Below are positions 40,750 to 56,191 of a stretch of DNA of 64,000 nt, piece after piece. Source of the stretch: Eledone cirrhosa. Taxonomy: Eukaryota. The position numbers were made by a program, and so were the translations under genes. The DNA lies in contig OZ024743.1 of assembly GCA_964016885.1 (NCBI GenBank), forward strand, positions 107,570,001 to 107,634,000, given 5' to 3'. The stretch's first letter is position 1. Every line of letters begins with the position of its first letter. Under the pieces are notes generated by a model. The model ran no database searches, was not told where the DNA came from, and was given only the letters and a program-made list of their open reading frames with translations.

Positions 40750-42074
40750 ATGTTCTTCGGTTTTTATAATTTCACAAAGTTTTACCAATAGAGAGAGAGA
40801 GAGTCGGTTTCTAACATAGACACAAGACTCTCTCATTGGAATATACACAACATCAAGTAGGTAGATATGTATGTATGCATGCGTAGATATGGATGTTATT
40901 GTATGTGTAGATGTGTATGTTTTGAGTTGTATGTGTGTAAGTGTATATGCTTTGCATCTGTATATGTGTATATACAGTTATTAGATGCAAACTTTTTGGA
41001 ATGTTTTACATATTTATACTGTTCCATTAATGGATTGTACTTGTAATTTCCTAACTAGTGTGTTCTTTCTGTTCCTGTGAAGCCCTGCTTCTGAAGATTT
41101 GTATTGAGGCAGTTACTAACATACCCCAGTGTCCCAAGCATCACAAGCATAAATCTGAAGGTGTAATCAGGGTGGAGTATCTGCAGATTTCTCAGCAGTT
41201 CTGCATAACTATTCTCCTTTTTCACTAATCTTTGATATTATATTGGCATCTGCTGGGCAATTAATTTCCACTACTGTGCATTCTTTCTTCTCCCTGTCCC
41301 ATATCATAATATCTGGTCTGTTATGCCTGCATTTTATTGAGGTTTTTACTGGAATATTCCACCAGTACTCTTTCATATTATGTACATGGATGTCTTCCAC
41401 AACGCTGTAGCTTTAATGTGTTTATTATCGGGGCTATCTGTTTTACGAACTGCATTGTGCAGTGTTTTGGCCACTACATCATGCCTCATAGGTAGGTTGT
41501 ACCGCGATGACATCTTTGGACAGCTGCTGATGACATGGGTGATATCCTCGATGTTTGTTCTGCAGAGTCTGAACTTATTATCACATCTAGGTGTTTTGCC
41601 TGCATTCCTATCTCTTTTGTGAATCAGGTATTTCGTGTTAATCTCTTGTTCTTGGATTGCAAACGCATATCCTTCAAAGTGGGAGCCAATATAGCGGTTG
41701 TTGGTCCAAGATAGACTACTTTCCTTATCTATATTACTCTCACTCTAGAGCTTCCTGGCGACATATCCATGCATAATTTTTTGCTGATAAGTATGTAGTT
41801 TTTCATCCATGGATTCAACGCGATACTGCTGAGCGACTTCCCTGGGTGTGAGATTTTGATTATCACACAGAGAATATCTCTCGAGGAGTTCCTTCCCAAC
41901 TCTCATGATCTTATCTGTTTTATGCAGATAGACTTGCTCGAGAAACGGGCTCCTACGCTTCAAGGTTCGTAGATGTTGTCGGAGAGATATGATGCGACAT
42001 TCAAATGCTGTCTGGACTGATGTTAGGCTTCTGCCTCCCTGCTTACGTTTCAAGTAAAGGCCGTCTATGTCCCT
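40750..42074 (-). mobile_element. 5'-truncated R4/Dong-like non-LTR retrotransposon with restriction-like endonuclease, inserted in (CATA)n/(TA)n
   Basis: [12 protein letters not shown]; manual translation AFAIQEQEI, RLC...HVISSC, RHDVVA; NRPDIMIWD...VVEINCP (PD-D/ExK-type); microsatellite on both sides. Confidence 0.8.
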
Positions 42075-42081
42075 GTATGTA

Positions 42082-42179
<98 letters not shown>

Positions 42180-43591
42180 CGTATATATATATACATATGT
42201 ATATGTATATACATATAAGCATAACTATACATATAAAGGAGATTCAAAGAAATATACAAGAATGTATTTATGTTATAACATATTATAAAGTTACTAAATA
42301 TGTGTATATACACATACGCATGCAAGATATGTGACGTGCATCTAAACCAAAACACACACACACATTAATTATTCAATTTAGGAATTGATTAATTAAATAG
42401 TTGGGAATATATAATTTATGATGGATGAATCAGTGAGTGGTGGCGGGGTGGTCTTGATGTTAAGTAGATATGTAACATATAACTGATGGAGATATAGCTA
42501 CGATGTAGGTTAAGAAAATTATGGATCCAGTTCATTTTTGCCAGCTGTGTGGATAATAAATGTGTAGTAAAGTGTCTGGCTCTAGGATACAACGCACCAC
42601 TTGCAAAATATTAACCACTAAGTCAGGCGCTTCCACATTCTCTATACTATCATGTAAGTTTTAATCAAACTCCGGCTCTGCGACAGTTCTGATCAAACGG
42701 TACTGATCAAAGAGATTCCTGCGAAGACCATCAAATCTTTCTTTTTTAAGGCGAGGCTCTACAATATTTAAACTCAGCTAAAATGGCAATGAGTAATTTG
42801 AAGAAAATATGGACCAAATTGGAAGTCGATAGAACACCCGATAGAGGGTTTAGCTGTATTCTTTCTATTACCGAGTCCTCTGGGTTCAAAATATGTCATG
42901 GTCTAATTTGTTATTCATAATTTCGTCGTCAGTAAAAAAGTAAGGTCTAGTATTAGAGTCGATTCTTCCTGCATAACTATACTCCACTTCCTCTCTATCC
43001 AATTCTCTCTTTCTCCGAAAGAAATTTTCTGGGTTCAGTCATGGGAACTGAATGGGCTCGGGTAGATTTAAATGTTCATGACTCGCTGTATATCACTACA
43101 ATTCTGCTATAACCTCGTCAGGAGTTTCCGTCCCATACATACTATTTCAAGAATATTCCAAAACTATTTTAGTTGCGGATGCTTTCATGCCAACATTTGT
43201 TCATTGATTCGTAATACCTATGTTGGACTCACCATTGACTGCTTGTGTTAAAGACGGTTTAAACACTGCCATCTATTTATACAGATTATACAGTGGCTAC
43301 CTAATGCTATTATGTATGTCCACTAAGCATTATATGAATCCCAAATCACGCTTCATTCTCACTCGGGAAAGAAAGAAATATGTGCAATATAACAATTTGA
43401 ATTAGCTGTTTGGTGTATGGAAACAGTAAAAACCAAATTGTATTATAGGTCATTATATAATAGTGTAAAACTTTTAAACAAGAACAAAAACAAAATGTAT
43501 TTATCATTGCTACGAATTTAGAAATTTGTATGAAAAATCAAAGTTCAAATGAACTTCTTGGAGCCGAAAATAACAAGCAACATACATACAA

Positions 43592-43717
<126 letters not shown>

Positions 43718-43720
<3 letters not shown>

Positions 43721-44075
43721 TTGATTTTACTTTTGGCACAAGGCCAGCAATTATCCCAGTGCATTACTGTTTTTCTATTTTATCGACCCTGAAAGGATGA
43801 GAGGCAAAGTTAACATCAATGGGATTTAAATTTAGAACTTAAAGGGCCGTAACTCCATGCCCCGAATAATGTTGTCGGACGCTTTACCAATATTAAATAA
43901 TGATTTCTGATTTAGTCACAATGCCAGCAATTTCAGCGACCCCACTGCATTACTGGTGCTTTATTTATCGGCCCCGTAAGGATTAAAGGCAAAGTTAACT
44001 TCGGCTGGGCTTGAACTCAGAACGTATATGGCCGTAACTCTATGCTGCAAAACATGTTGTCCGTCACTCTACATT
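43718..44075 (-). mobile_element. Two tandem diverged Nin/Deu-core SINE copies
   Basis: Cores TTTATCGACCCTGAAAGGATGAGAGGC (~43780) and TTTATCGGCCCCGTAAGGATTAAAGGC (~43965). Confidence 0.85.
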
Positions 44076-44772
44076 AATAATAGCAATAAGGTATTAGTAG
44101 CGAAAACATCAGCAAAATCACTAAAATAATTTTTTTAAATTATAAGAACATCTAAAGTAAGCACAAGATCAATATCATCATCATCATCATCATCATCATC
44201 ATTATCATCATCATCAGCAGCATCGTCATTATAAACACCATTAACACCAATAACAACAACAACGTCCAGTAATTGGAAATAAAAGAGACAGAAAGGAGGA
44301 ATATAGAAGCAGTAAAACCAAAATGGATGGTTACCAAAGTTTCATTAATTCTAAATGTTTTATTAAATCGAAACTGTCAAAATCTTCTCAACCTCAAGCT
44401 CCAATTTTCAATAATGAGTTAGAAAACATTCGCTTGCTTTTATATAAAAGAAATCATTATTATTATTGTTATTATTGATGATGATGTTGATGATGATAAT
44501 GTTCATGGTATTATTATTGTTGTTATTGTTTGTTTGTTTTGTTTTTTTTCGTGCTGATGGCATTTTTTAATATATTTTATTACAGTGCTTCATGTAAGTT
44601 TGTTAACGTATTTTTTAAAAATATATTAGCCGCTAATTGTTTGGAATATTCTTTTTTGTGGTTGTTGTCTTTCTTTTAGATAATTTATTGGATTTTATTT
44701 TACGTTTTATAAGAGCGCATTTATTTATACTCTTCTTTCATTATATTTTTTTGTTCATTATATTATTTGTTA

Positions 44773-44773
<1 letters not shown>

Positions 44774-44803
<30 letters not shown>

Positions 44804-44837
44804 CTTCTTCTTCTTCTTCTTCTTCTTCTTCTTCTTC

Positions 44838-44895
<58 letters not shown>
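44774..44895. repeat. (CTT)n followed by (ATT)n microsatellite
   Basis: Seen directly. Confidence 0.95.
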
Positions 44896-44897
<2 letters not shown>

Positions 44898-47604
44898 GGT
44901 TGTTGTTGTTATTACTATTACTGTTAGTAGCAGCATTAGTATTCTTATTTCTGTTTTACTTTGTCGATTTCCATTGATTTTAAATTTTATTTTGATTATT
45001 TACTTTTATTCTTTCGGTTTTTGTTAATAAAGCAAATTAATGATGTTAAGTTGGAAAAATGTGAGAGCTGTTGTGTGTTACTTTAGAAGTAATGGTGGTG
45101 TGTTCACGAGGACTTCAAAACTGCACATGTTAATTGCTGTTTCTCATACACAAGCTACTGGTTTCCTTTGAAACTTGAAGCCGTTGACTTTGCAACTCTT
45201 ACACTTAGATAAAAAATATACTAATGAAATACAATATGTAACATATATATATGTAAGATATACTAATGAAATACAATAATATGTAACATATATATATGTA
45301 TTTATGTATTTATGCATGCATATATATATATGTGTGTGTGTGTGTGTATATATATACGTGTTTGTATGTGTATGTATGCATGTATATATATATAAACTTA
45401 TAAATTTGAGCATGAACATACACATATATATATTATATGATTGTATAAGGTATATTTTATCACATGTATATTCATACATACATACTTACGTACATATATG
45501 AATATAATCGAAAGTTACATTCAACATTTAAAATTTCAACACATGTTCAATATAAAGATTTACCTAGTCAAATATAAATCTTAATTCCACGAATAATTGT
45601 TCAGCGAATTTTGAGGAAACTAGAAACGAAAGAACTGAGTAAAAAATATATAAATTTTAAACAGGAAGCCATGTTGTAAATTTAGTTGCTATCTTTGATG
45701 AAATCCAATACTTGTATAACGAGCCTAATATTTCTACAAGTTTTAATAATGATTATAGTGTTTGTTTTTTGTTGTCTGTTTTTATTAAGTTTTATATTCT
45801 CGTGTTGTCGTTGTATTTGGACATTCCACAGTTAACTTGTATACTTAATTCTTTAGCTGATGCATGAACATATTCTTAGCAGCATCTGACATTTATTCAT
45901 TTCTAAGAGTATTTAATTGTGTTAATGACGTTGAGAATTAAAACTAAACTTAAGTTACTTTTCCAATTATTTTGATTGCACATTTATCTTTGCTGTATTC
46001 CTCATATCTACCTATGTTTCTACAAAACCGGAGAGACAGAAAATCTGGTTGCCTTTTGTAGTATTTTGTATTTTGTTATATTCAACTTCACTCATTTTTA
46101 CTTTTGCTACTTCAATCCACTAGAAACCTGCGCAGAAAGACCCAATTTATGTTTTGTTATGTAAACACTCCTTCAAGTTTGACATTCCCTTTCACCACAC
46201 CATTATGTATCAATTATAAACCGATTTGCACAAATGTCAACCATAAACTCCAAAGTATTGTGATCTTGTTTCAATATAAGTATTCATTATTTAATTTGAT
46301 TATATTTGAGCGAGTTTTAAGATTAAAGACGCTTCTAATACTTATCTATTATTATTTACGTAAGACATCTAGTCAATTGAGTTAAAGGTTATATTAAATA
46401 ATGCAATTATTATATCCTAGGTAGATAATTTCCTGTCAGGTGAACCAGGAGTTAGCTATCATTAGTGAAGATGATCTAATATTCTCAGCTCTAAAGTTAG
46501 AACTAATACTACAATACATAATTTATCAGGTATATATTTTGCAACATACTTGAGAAAACTATTTAAAAAAGAATTCAGTTCAACTGCGTTTCATACTCCC
46601 TGACTCGCACGATCAACATTGTCACACTTACACTGTATCAGGTACACAATCTGAATTAATGCCTTACGTAAAAATAGTAGAATTATTGGAAGAAAAACGC
46701 TAAAGTATGTACTTATTCCGGAAACCCTTCAGAGCTGATCCAAGTTACGTTAGCATTAGGCGATTGAGAGTACAAGCCCACCTATGGATAGGTTGCCAGT
46801 CTATTGAAGTATAAACCCCGCAACATTTTCATCTGAGTTGGGTGGACCAACGTAAAATGAAGTAAGTCTTTGAAGACCACAACATTTCATTACCGTTTGG
46901 GCCATTACACTTCACCTGACTGTTATATCTAGAATTATAACCTTAGAATGTTGCATACGAATGTATATACTAGCACTATTATATATGTTTAAATTATTGC
47001 ATTTGTGAAAATCTCTTATGCTCATCTAATGATATAATTTACAATTGCTAAAAACATATTTCAAAAGAAAAGATTAGAGACATAATTATTATATATGAAC
47101 TCGAGCTGAAAGATCATCAGATAACGTAGCTAAATGCAGGTATCTAAGAGAGCGTGATCTTAGCACTGCAAAATCAGGAATGAGTCTCTGATTTCAAGTC
47201 ATTTGGAACTTCGTAGAAGAACCAGATCTATCCCTATTTATTATATTCAGTTAAATAGAACTAACGAAATTGTATACAATAGATAGATAGATATAAAGAT
47301 AGATACAGCGAGTGAGAGAGGAATTCAGGTATAGATAGGTTGAGAGAAAGAGAGCTTTTGTTTGAGTGTGTGTATTTGTGTCAGAGTAAAAGGGAGAAAT
47401 TTATTGATGTAATGCTACAGATTATTTCAATCTTTTGAACTATTTCAAATATCAATACAACGCACCCAGAAATTAATATAAGCAATACACTGCTAACATA
47501 CATACATAATCACATGCGCGTACTCACACACACACACATGCACATGTACACGCACACACACACAGGTACACCCACACACACACACACATATATATATATA
47601 TCTC

Positions 47605-47935
47605 ATCATCATTTTACGTCCGCTTTTCCCTGCTTGCAAGGGTGGGACGGGAACTGATTCTGGCTTGATTTCTACAGCTGGATGCCCTTCCTAACACCAA
47701 CCTCATTTACAGTGAGTGCTGGGTGCTTTTTTGCCGTGGCACCTCCACGACCACTTTACAGTGGAATGATAGGGACCCCAGTCCCTATCATCTCATTTCT
47801 ACAGCTAAGTAAACTGGAGCAATGGGAAATAAAGTGTCTTGCTGAAGGAAACAATACATCACCCGGTCTGAGAATTGAACTCACAACCTTTCGATTGCAA
47901 GGCCAATGCTCTAACCACTAAGCCATGTGTCTCCA
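47605..47935 (-). mobile_element. tRNA-derived SINE (second family), probably with a LINE-derived 3' part ending in (GAT)n
   Basis: Minus strand A box TGGCTTAGTGG, B box GAGTTCAATTC, core AGCAAGACACTTTATTTC...CTCCAGTTTAC. Confidence 0.75.
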
Positions 47936-48176
47936 TTAATATATATATATATATATATCGAAATATACAATAGTGCTACACTTCATTTGAAATCAGTCAA
48001 CGAATCGCCTTTTGAAGGATATCACTGATGAAGGAAGGTCAAACTTGCTGGCTCTACATGTTGCTTAAGTGCGTGGGATACATATTGTGATTATACATGC
48101 AATCACATACATACAAGTATATGTAATCATACATGCATACATACGTTCATCCATTCATATTATACACTCACATATA

Positions 48177-48260
<84 letters not shown>

Positions 48261-50812
48261 TGTATGTATGTATGTATGTATGTATGTATGTATGCATATG
48301 TGTGTGCCTAGCGAAATGGAATAGAAATACTGACTGTTGAGTAGGAGCAGACGTTAAACTAATTGTAAATCATGAAATTCTAAACGTTAATGTTTTATAC
48401 TACAACGCGAAGGAACTAAATAGAAACGCATTTACATCAACAAACAGACACATATTAACACAAACATGTCTTCATATTACAAGACAAACGTAAATATGGT
48501 CGATTCCAAAGCAAATATTTTTTCAATCGAAACGGCAGATATTTTAATTATGGAATATAACTAAGAGTAACATAAAAATTTAAGAACAAAAGCTGGTTAG
48601 GAGTAAACAATATTTAGTTAGTAAACAATATTTCTAAATGAGAGAAGCAATTGATGGTGGAATCAACATAGTCTCATACAAATTATTTGGCTTCATGTTC
48701 GTGGAATTAAGAATTTTACTTCGCAGTTATATGGTTCTCTGTTTGATTCTACTCGGCAGCTATGTGATCAAATGAATTCTAGAATAGATCCTGGTTGACT
48801 AATTATTTTCTGATTGAAACAGGGTGGACAGAAAATAGACAAAATCTCGCCGGATGAAAGGTATCTGTTGTTTTCGATATTTAGCGCTAGCTCAGTTGTG
48901 GCTATCCGACTAATTTTCCTAAATGCTTGGTTATCGAATATGCTATTTTTAAAACGGTAGTGTCTTGTTGGACGGCGATCTCAGTGCTACATATCTAGCG
49001 TCAAGTGATTCAGTAGAAGTTTTTTCGGGATTGGTAGTTTTAATAGTTGGGTGCCTTTAACGGTGTACCTTCGTTTCTAAGCATTTATTCAAGTGATGTC
49101 GTGTATTATTCCATTCTTCCCACAAGGGTGTGACCTTAGTAAAGTGCCATGGCCTCTGACATTACAACCTGAAATGGCAAAGCTGTAATATAAGAAAAAC
49201 GCATTTCCATACACATTGCGCTCATATCCCGTGGTGGAGTCTTTTCACTTATTTGGAAGTTAAAATACCAAATCTTATAAAGACTAACCGAGAAAATATG
49301 TTGCGATAATTAGATCAATTTATTTACGTGGTTTTATTTACCACATACGGTGCCTTTCAACCTGCTCTCATATATCGATACATACAGGAGTTAGTTTAAT
49401 CAAGTACAAATCTTGCTTATCTTGACGCTTATGAAACAATGAGAGAAATCAGTTTGCTGGATTAAAAGTTGACATACATTAAATGTTGACATACATTAAA
49501 CATTTTAATGTATTTAGTGCAATATTTTTAATTTTAGGTTCTGATTTTAAATTCCTGTTTTAAAAATATCTAAATATAAATCTACATCGAAAGATTTGAC
49601 AATCAAAATAGGAAACATCCGAATTTAACTTTGTATCAGACTGTGATCGATGAAGTAAGTATCTCAATTTTCAATCAAATCGATCAAATATTGTATTCTC
49701 TCCCAATGTTTTCAATTTCTCATATGGAAGTGAAAAATCAATATTTACAATTAAGCTGGGGAGTGCCAGAGAGCAAGCAATACTTTTCTCAGGAAAACGA
49801 CACCGTAAAATGGATCAATCATCGTTTGAAGACATTTCACTTGACTTGCGTGGCTAATTAATCACTGCAAAAAGCATGAATGTCAAAGCATTGCTCTTAA
49901 AACATAAGCCAATAAGGATGCCTTCACGTTTTCGCTCACCCGGCTAGAAATAGCAGTTACACTGACTTTAAAATACACACAACTGTCTAATAAAAGAGTA
50001 ATTTGCTTACAATTTAACGATGTTATAGTATTCGTGGAAGAAGTTGGGAAAATCCATTTGAACATCAGTTTTCCTCAATCATGGGTCATCTCGAGCTAAA
50101 CGACAATATAAACATCTTTGTGCCTTGACAATTATGACAAAATGTTAACTTACAATCTTCCAGTGCTGCAATTACATGAGCCGACCAGTGTGTGGTAGTT
50201 CTACATTATCAGTACACCTGCGAGAAAAGTAATGAAACCTATCTAGAATCATATTTCGTATTTGAGAAATGTTCACTGGTACGACATTCTAAAACATTTG
50301 TTTTCGCGAATGGAGATGATCTGAATCAAAACAAATGTAGCAACGACAACAACAATAGAAGACAGCATGGTATGTACTGGTAGATAGAAAAACATTTTTT
50401 TACGCATTGTATTATTTTTTCTATATATCTAGTTTTTAAATAACTGCCATATTCTTTTGATAATTCTTAGCGGGATTCCTGGATGTGTAATATATGCCAA
50501 TACAGTTCTGTATAGCACATGAGATGAAGAGGTATTCTTGAACATCTAGCACACAGGTCGATTTTTTTAAGCATCTGCAATGTATCGCATTCCATGGAAA
50601 AGTAGAATTCAAAAATCTTCAGTTGGAAGAGTGGACTTGGGGCTGCAACTCTGCCAGCACTAACACAATTCTCATAAAATCAGAGTGTATGTATAAGTGT
50701 ATAATTATATCAGAAATACGTAACGTATGATGTGTCACTTTGAACTTCTATATGTGCATATTTATTAGCATATAAAAATGTTGAGTAAATATATATATAT
50801 ATATATATATAT

Positions 50813-51379
50813 CAAAAGTATATTTTGAGTTAAAAACTCACAAAAGTCCCCTATAATTAACTTAGCTGAAGGAGAACATTTGTTACCAAGCCTTATAATA
50901 CGGTAAAGAGAGACGAACTCAGATATATAGTTCTATGTGTTCAAATCAAAAGGGACAGAGACAGCAAGGGTAAATAAAATATTGACTAACATAGTATGAT
51001 TCATGGAACCCAATCAAAAGGATAAATTGAGAAAACAAAACCTACCATGATAACTATCATGTACCCGGACATTTTATGGGTAGAGCTGTTTCGCAAAATT
51101 CATTGAGGAGAATTATTGTGGCGGTGATTCTCAACGGGTGCCCACATCAATATTCACTCAACAACTATGTTTGGTATAAGACTAAATAACACGTGCGTTA
51201 AAAGCGAGAGCCCATCGAAATATTGTACCAGGCGGACCGAATAGAACGTAAGGTTACAAGAAAAAATAGCACCCAGGATCATTTCTCAAAATTATGTATA
51301 TATTGAGTTTAAAACTCACAAAAGTCCCCTATAATTAAAATAGCACAAGGAGAAAATGTTTTCCGACCCTTATAATGAG

Positions 51380-51380
<1 letters not shown>
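50813..51380 (-). mobile_element. (TA)n-flanked non-coding element with ~85-bp diverged terminal direct repeats
   Basis: AAAACTCACAAAAGTCCCCTATAATTAA at ~50833 and ~51311; minus-strand GCGAAACAGCTCTA resembles an HHR 3' half. Confidence 0.6.
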
Positions 51381-51411
<31 letters not shown>

Positions 51412-52078
51412 GGGAGGGGGTGTGCTGTTGTGTGATAATATATATATATATATATATACTGCTACTTAATATACGTGGAAACTAAGCATATATATTTCTT
51501 TGTAATCAGAGTATTATGATTGGAATCTGAATAACCGTAGATTGATCTAGCGTGCACATCAATCGTGACTCTTTGTGAAAATATAGATATATCCAGGTTC
51601 TTGTCTACTTTTTCATTCAAAAGAAGGCAACACATGTGCGTAAACATGTTTTTTGTCAAACATCCAGATGCATAACCCGAGCTGCCTGTCTGGTGTCGGT
51701 GTTCTGGTGCCCCAACGCGGTGGGTTGATGCCCATGTGATGCTCATGCTGTGATGTGGGTGCCTTGATGCATGCCAGAAGCGAAGGACGAAATTTATGCA
51801 GTGCAGGAAAGGTTTTCATAGATTGATTCTTCAATTATAGCAGGCGTTTCAAGCTAATCAAGCTCACAATCAACGCTACAGAGTCTACAATTCATGGGTT
51901 CTTGGATAATGGGTTTGCATATTTCTGCAATTTTCTAGCAGATTTTGTGGAACAAAAATTCCGCTTTCAGTTTTCAGTTGTAGTTGGACAATAGTGATTT
52001 TTTCATTTTCTCCAGGTATTGGGACAGCACCGTTTTATTATTATAGCATTCTGTCAACTGCCGAATCCGACATAGCGC

Positions 52079-52140
<62 letters not shown>

Positions 52141-52180
52141 CACACACACCCACACACACACACACACACACCCACACACA

Positions 52181-52280
<100 letters not shown>

Positions 52281-52727
52281 GTTATAAACAGAAATAGAAA
52301 AATGTCACAGGGGTGGATAATTGAAGGGAGGCACTAGCAAAATAAATTCGGAGAAGAGTAAATTTATATTCACGTCGATATTCACTTAGTGCAGTTTCAA
52401 AGTCAAATATTAATTATTTAAATTGAATAAGACATTTAACATGCGAGACACAATTTTCATCTGAGCCCTTACATAACAAGAGAAATCTATTCACCATGCC
52501 AGCAATACATGAGATTTCTCTTACCAAAGCAGCGCATACGTGGTGGTCATGATAAACTTGACAACAGAGAGGCGAGTGAAAGGCTCGAATGAGCGCTAAG
52601 AATAAGACACCAACTAGTCACTCAGATTTAACTCAACCGTTCGGGAATATGAAATAATCAGAAACATATAGGGAAATGGCCAGATGCAGCATGAATAATT
52701 TTAATATATATATATATATATATATAT

Positions 52728-52786
<59 letters not shown>

Positions 52787-52886
52787 CGTGCACTCATGCA
52801 CACTCACACACACACATACACACATATATATCATTATATTTGGGAACATTAACAAAGATTAGGAAAAAATATTCAGCTATTAAATT

Positions 52887-52956
52887 GTCCCGACTGCAAT
52901 TTCGCTGAGTAATCGGAGATTTTCAGCACTGTGAGAATCCCATCTCATCAGGGAAC
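52887..52956 (-). ncRNA. Hammerhead-like motif with an insertion in domain II
   Basis: GTTCC-CTGATGA-[17 nt]-GCTGA...TCAGC-GAAA-TTGCAG-TC-GGGAC. Confidence 0.5.
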
Positions 52957-54298
52957 TTCTTAATCAAGAAACATTCTTCCGAATTATACGCTACCAGCAA
53001 TAATGTCGAATAGGAGAATAATAACGAGATTAACTGTCAACAGAAGTGAAGCGGTAAGTGGACAATGGAAAGTAACGGGGCTGCAAAAACAAGCAGGCTG
53101 ATTCAGCCAAATTGTATACTCTACCATAAAGGAATAATTAACAAATTAATTAAATATATATATATAAATGTAATCTGAGTTTTTCGAATATTAATAATAA
53201 TATTCGATTCACTTGAAATTATGCAAACAGCCTAGTTTTATAAGCCATGTCAGTAGAATGAGCCCCTCATTCTCGCTAGATTTTCTACCTCTGTTCGGAT
53301 CTAACTGTCTAGACGGCCGGAGCTCAGTTGTCGGTCTCCTGACTCTTTTCTTTTGAATAGATATATATATGTGTGTGTGCGTGTGTGTGTGCCTGTGTGT
53401 GTGTCCGCCCGTGTGTGTGTATGTTTGCGCATGTATATAGTTTTATCCGTACGAACATAATATATCGCGAGTTGGCATGTCCGACAGTGAGTTTGGCCCT
53501 ATACAGGGAAAGTTAATTTATTTTAAATCTTTTATTATACGATCAATTATAAAGACTCATTATACACAATAAACAACTATGTCGGAGTATGATCTCATCA
53601 TACTCACAGGCACACACATTTAAGATCACCTACACTGACTAATATGCGTTCATATTAGAGAATATATAAGCTTCTTTATCTTTCTCACGCTCTGTTCTTC
53701 TCGCCGTCTCTTTCCCTCTGTGCGCGTTAGTGTTTGCGACTGCATATTTGTGTATAATTGTTTCGTAATTCATTTCTCTCGAAGAATGTATATCTAGTTA
53801 ATATAATGATTACGATTTGAAAACTTTGCTGAACTTTAATGAATAGCCATAATATATCTACAAGTTATATTATGTAAGAGTAAACATAGTAAATTTGTTA
53901 AATATAGCTTTGAAATTACAATATGCATGCATCGATGAACAAGACAAGGTAGCTGGAAGGTATATAATGTGATAGATGAAGCGACAAAATAGCAAATTCC
54001 TATTAACATAAAAAAATAAAATTATAAATATGGTCTCTTAATTGATATTATTTTTTTTTTTGTTGCTAATTATTTGCTTTTGATTTATTTGATCATTGTA
54101 TGTGTTATCTTACACTGCATATTTAAAATATATTTAGTATTGCCTATCTTTGTATGACTTATACGCATGTCTGTACAATAAGCTTAATAAGTATATGTAT
54201 AACATTATGTTATACAGAAAAGAAAAAGCAGAAGATGTGATAACCCCCCCCCCACACACATATATATATATATATACACACACTCACATTTATATATA

Positions 54299-54350
<52 letters not shown>

Positions 54351-54433
54351 TTTATATATATATTTATATATATATATATATATATACACACACATTTATA
54401 TATATATTTATATATATATATATATATATTCAC

Positions 54434-54479
<46 letters not shown>

Positions 54480-54595
54480 TTATATATATATTTATATAGA
54501 TATATATATACATACAATTATATATATATATATATATACATATATATACATTTATAAATATATATATATATATACATACATACATATATATATAT

Positions 54596-54626
<31 letters not shown>

Positions 54627-54842
54627 CATACATATATATCTATATCTATATAAATACATATATATATATACATACATATATATCTATATCTATATAAATA
54701 CAAATATATTTATATATATATACATATTATATATACATACATACATACATATATATATATATACATACATATATATATAAATACATATATATTTATATAT
54801 ATATACATATATATATATATATAATTACATATATATTTATAT

Positions 54843-55011
<169 letters not shown>

Positions 55012-55035
55012 CATATATATATATATATATGAATA

Positions 55036-56191
55036 TTGTTATACTTTGGGAGGGTCATGTTGCCAATAAGAAACACACGCACCAGTAGTTTTCACTTCAA
55101 TTTATTATAATAAATTTATACATTCAGGAATTTATAAATATCCGGTTGTGTTGATTTTGCAGCAGGTCAAGGGAGGTAACTCTGGCCGGTGTTAGGGCAG
55201 TCTTTACGGAAACTTTTTTTTTTGTACGGTTTCACTCCTCATGTACGGTTTCATTCCTCATCCTTAACCCATCTGAAGAAGGATATTTTTAAGCGATGTG
55301 TTCAACTCATCGCTGTTTCAGCTCTGCTGTTGATGAGCTTGTGGGGTGCAGTTATGATGTGGTAGAGCTCCATGAGGCAAAGATCGCATTTCCTTTTGAA
55401 GTTGTACAGTGCAGCCCTACCGACAATTTCCCAGTGCGTGGATAAGCTGATGTTTAAGTCCTTTAGTGATGTGATGTAGTCCGCGAGCGAAGTGGAGTGC
55501 CTTAGTTTTCTATTTGTGAAAGAGTGGAGATGTGTTCGAAACCTAATTTTGAACGGGCCGGAGGTAGCCCCTATATAATGTTTAACGCTATTGTGGCTAG
55601 TAATAGTGCATCTATATATAACCCTATCAGTCAAGCAGTATCCTCTAAGTATCCTCAAGCGTCCTCTGTCACGGTAGTTGCAATTTCTGTCGCTGTTCCA
55701 TCTATTTCCCACGGTAAGGCTATCATTGTTGCTGCCTGAAACAGCGATAAGTTGTACACATCGCTTAAAAATATCCTTCTTCAGATGGGTTAAGGATGAG
55801 GAGTGAAACCGTACACCGGATCTCCCTGCAACAAGTCTTAACACCCCGGCGGGCAGGCGCTGCAAAATAACACCCAGAAACAATCCTTACATACCAGACC
55901 CAGCCTCATACAAACAGATGCGGCTAAAAGAAAAAAAAAAATTGTCCGGGAAAGACTGCCCTAACACCGGCCGGAGTTACCCCCCTTGACTTGCTGCAAA
56001 ATCAACACAAGCTATTTTTGCGAGCAATGAACCACCTTGATGTGGATTTAACCCCCAAAACTCTTTCCGAGCAATATAAGGAACACTTTTCATTATTTAT
56101 GCCCTTGAGAAGCCCAACTGGGCGAAACGTACGTAGGTGCTGTTTTAAATAAACATGTTTTAACGGTCTATTCTCAGATTTTTTACTTTCC

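Noticed and set aside
46440-46529. Possible 90-nt phase-0 exon (VNQELAIISEDDLIFSALKLELILQYIIYQ)
   Set aside because: Weak splice signals, no recognisable homology and no partner exons; compatible with chance
50154-50217. Minus-strand 64-nt segment with a good acceptor (TTTTCTCGCAG) and donor (GTAAGT)
   Set aside because: Stops in all three frames; it could only be a non-coding exon and there is no supporting evidence
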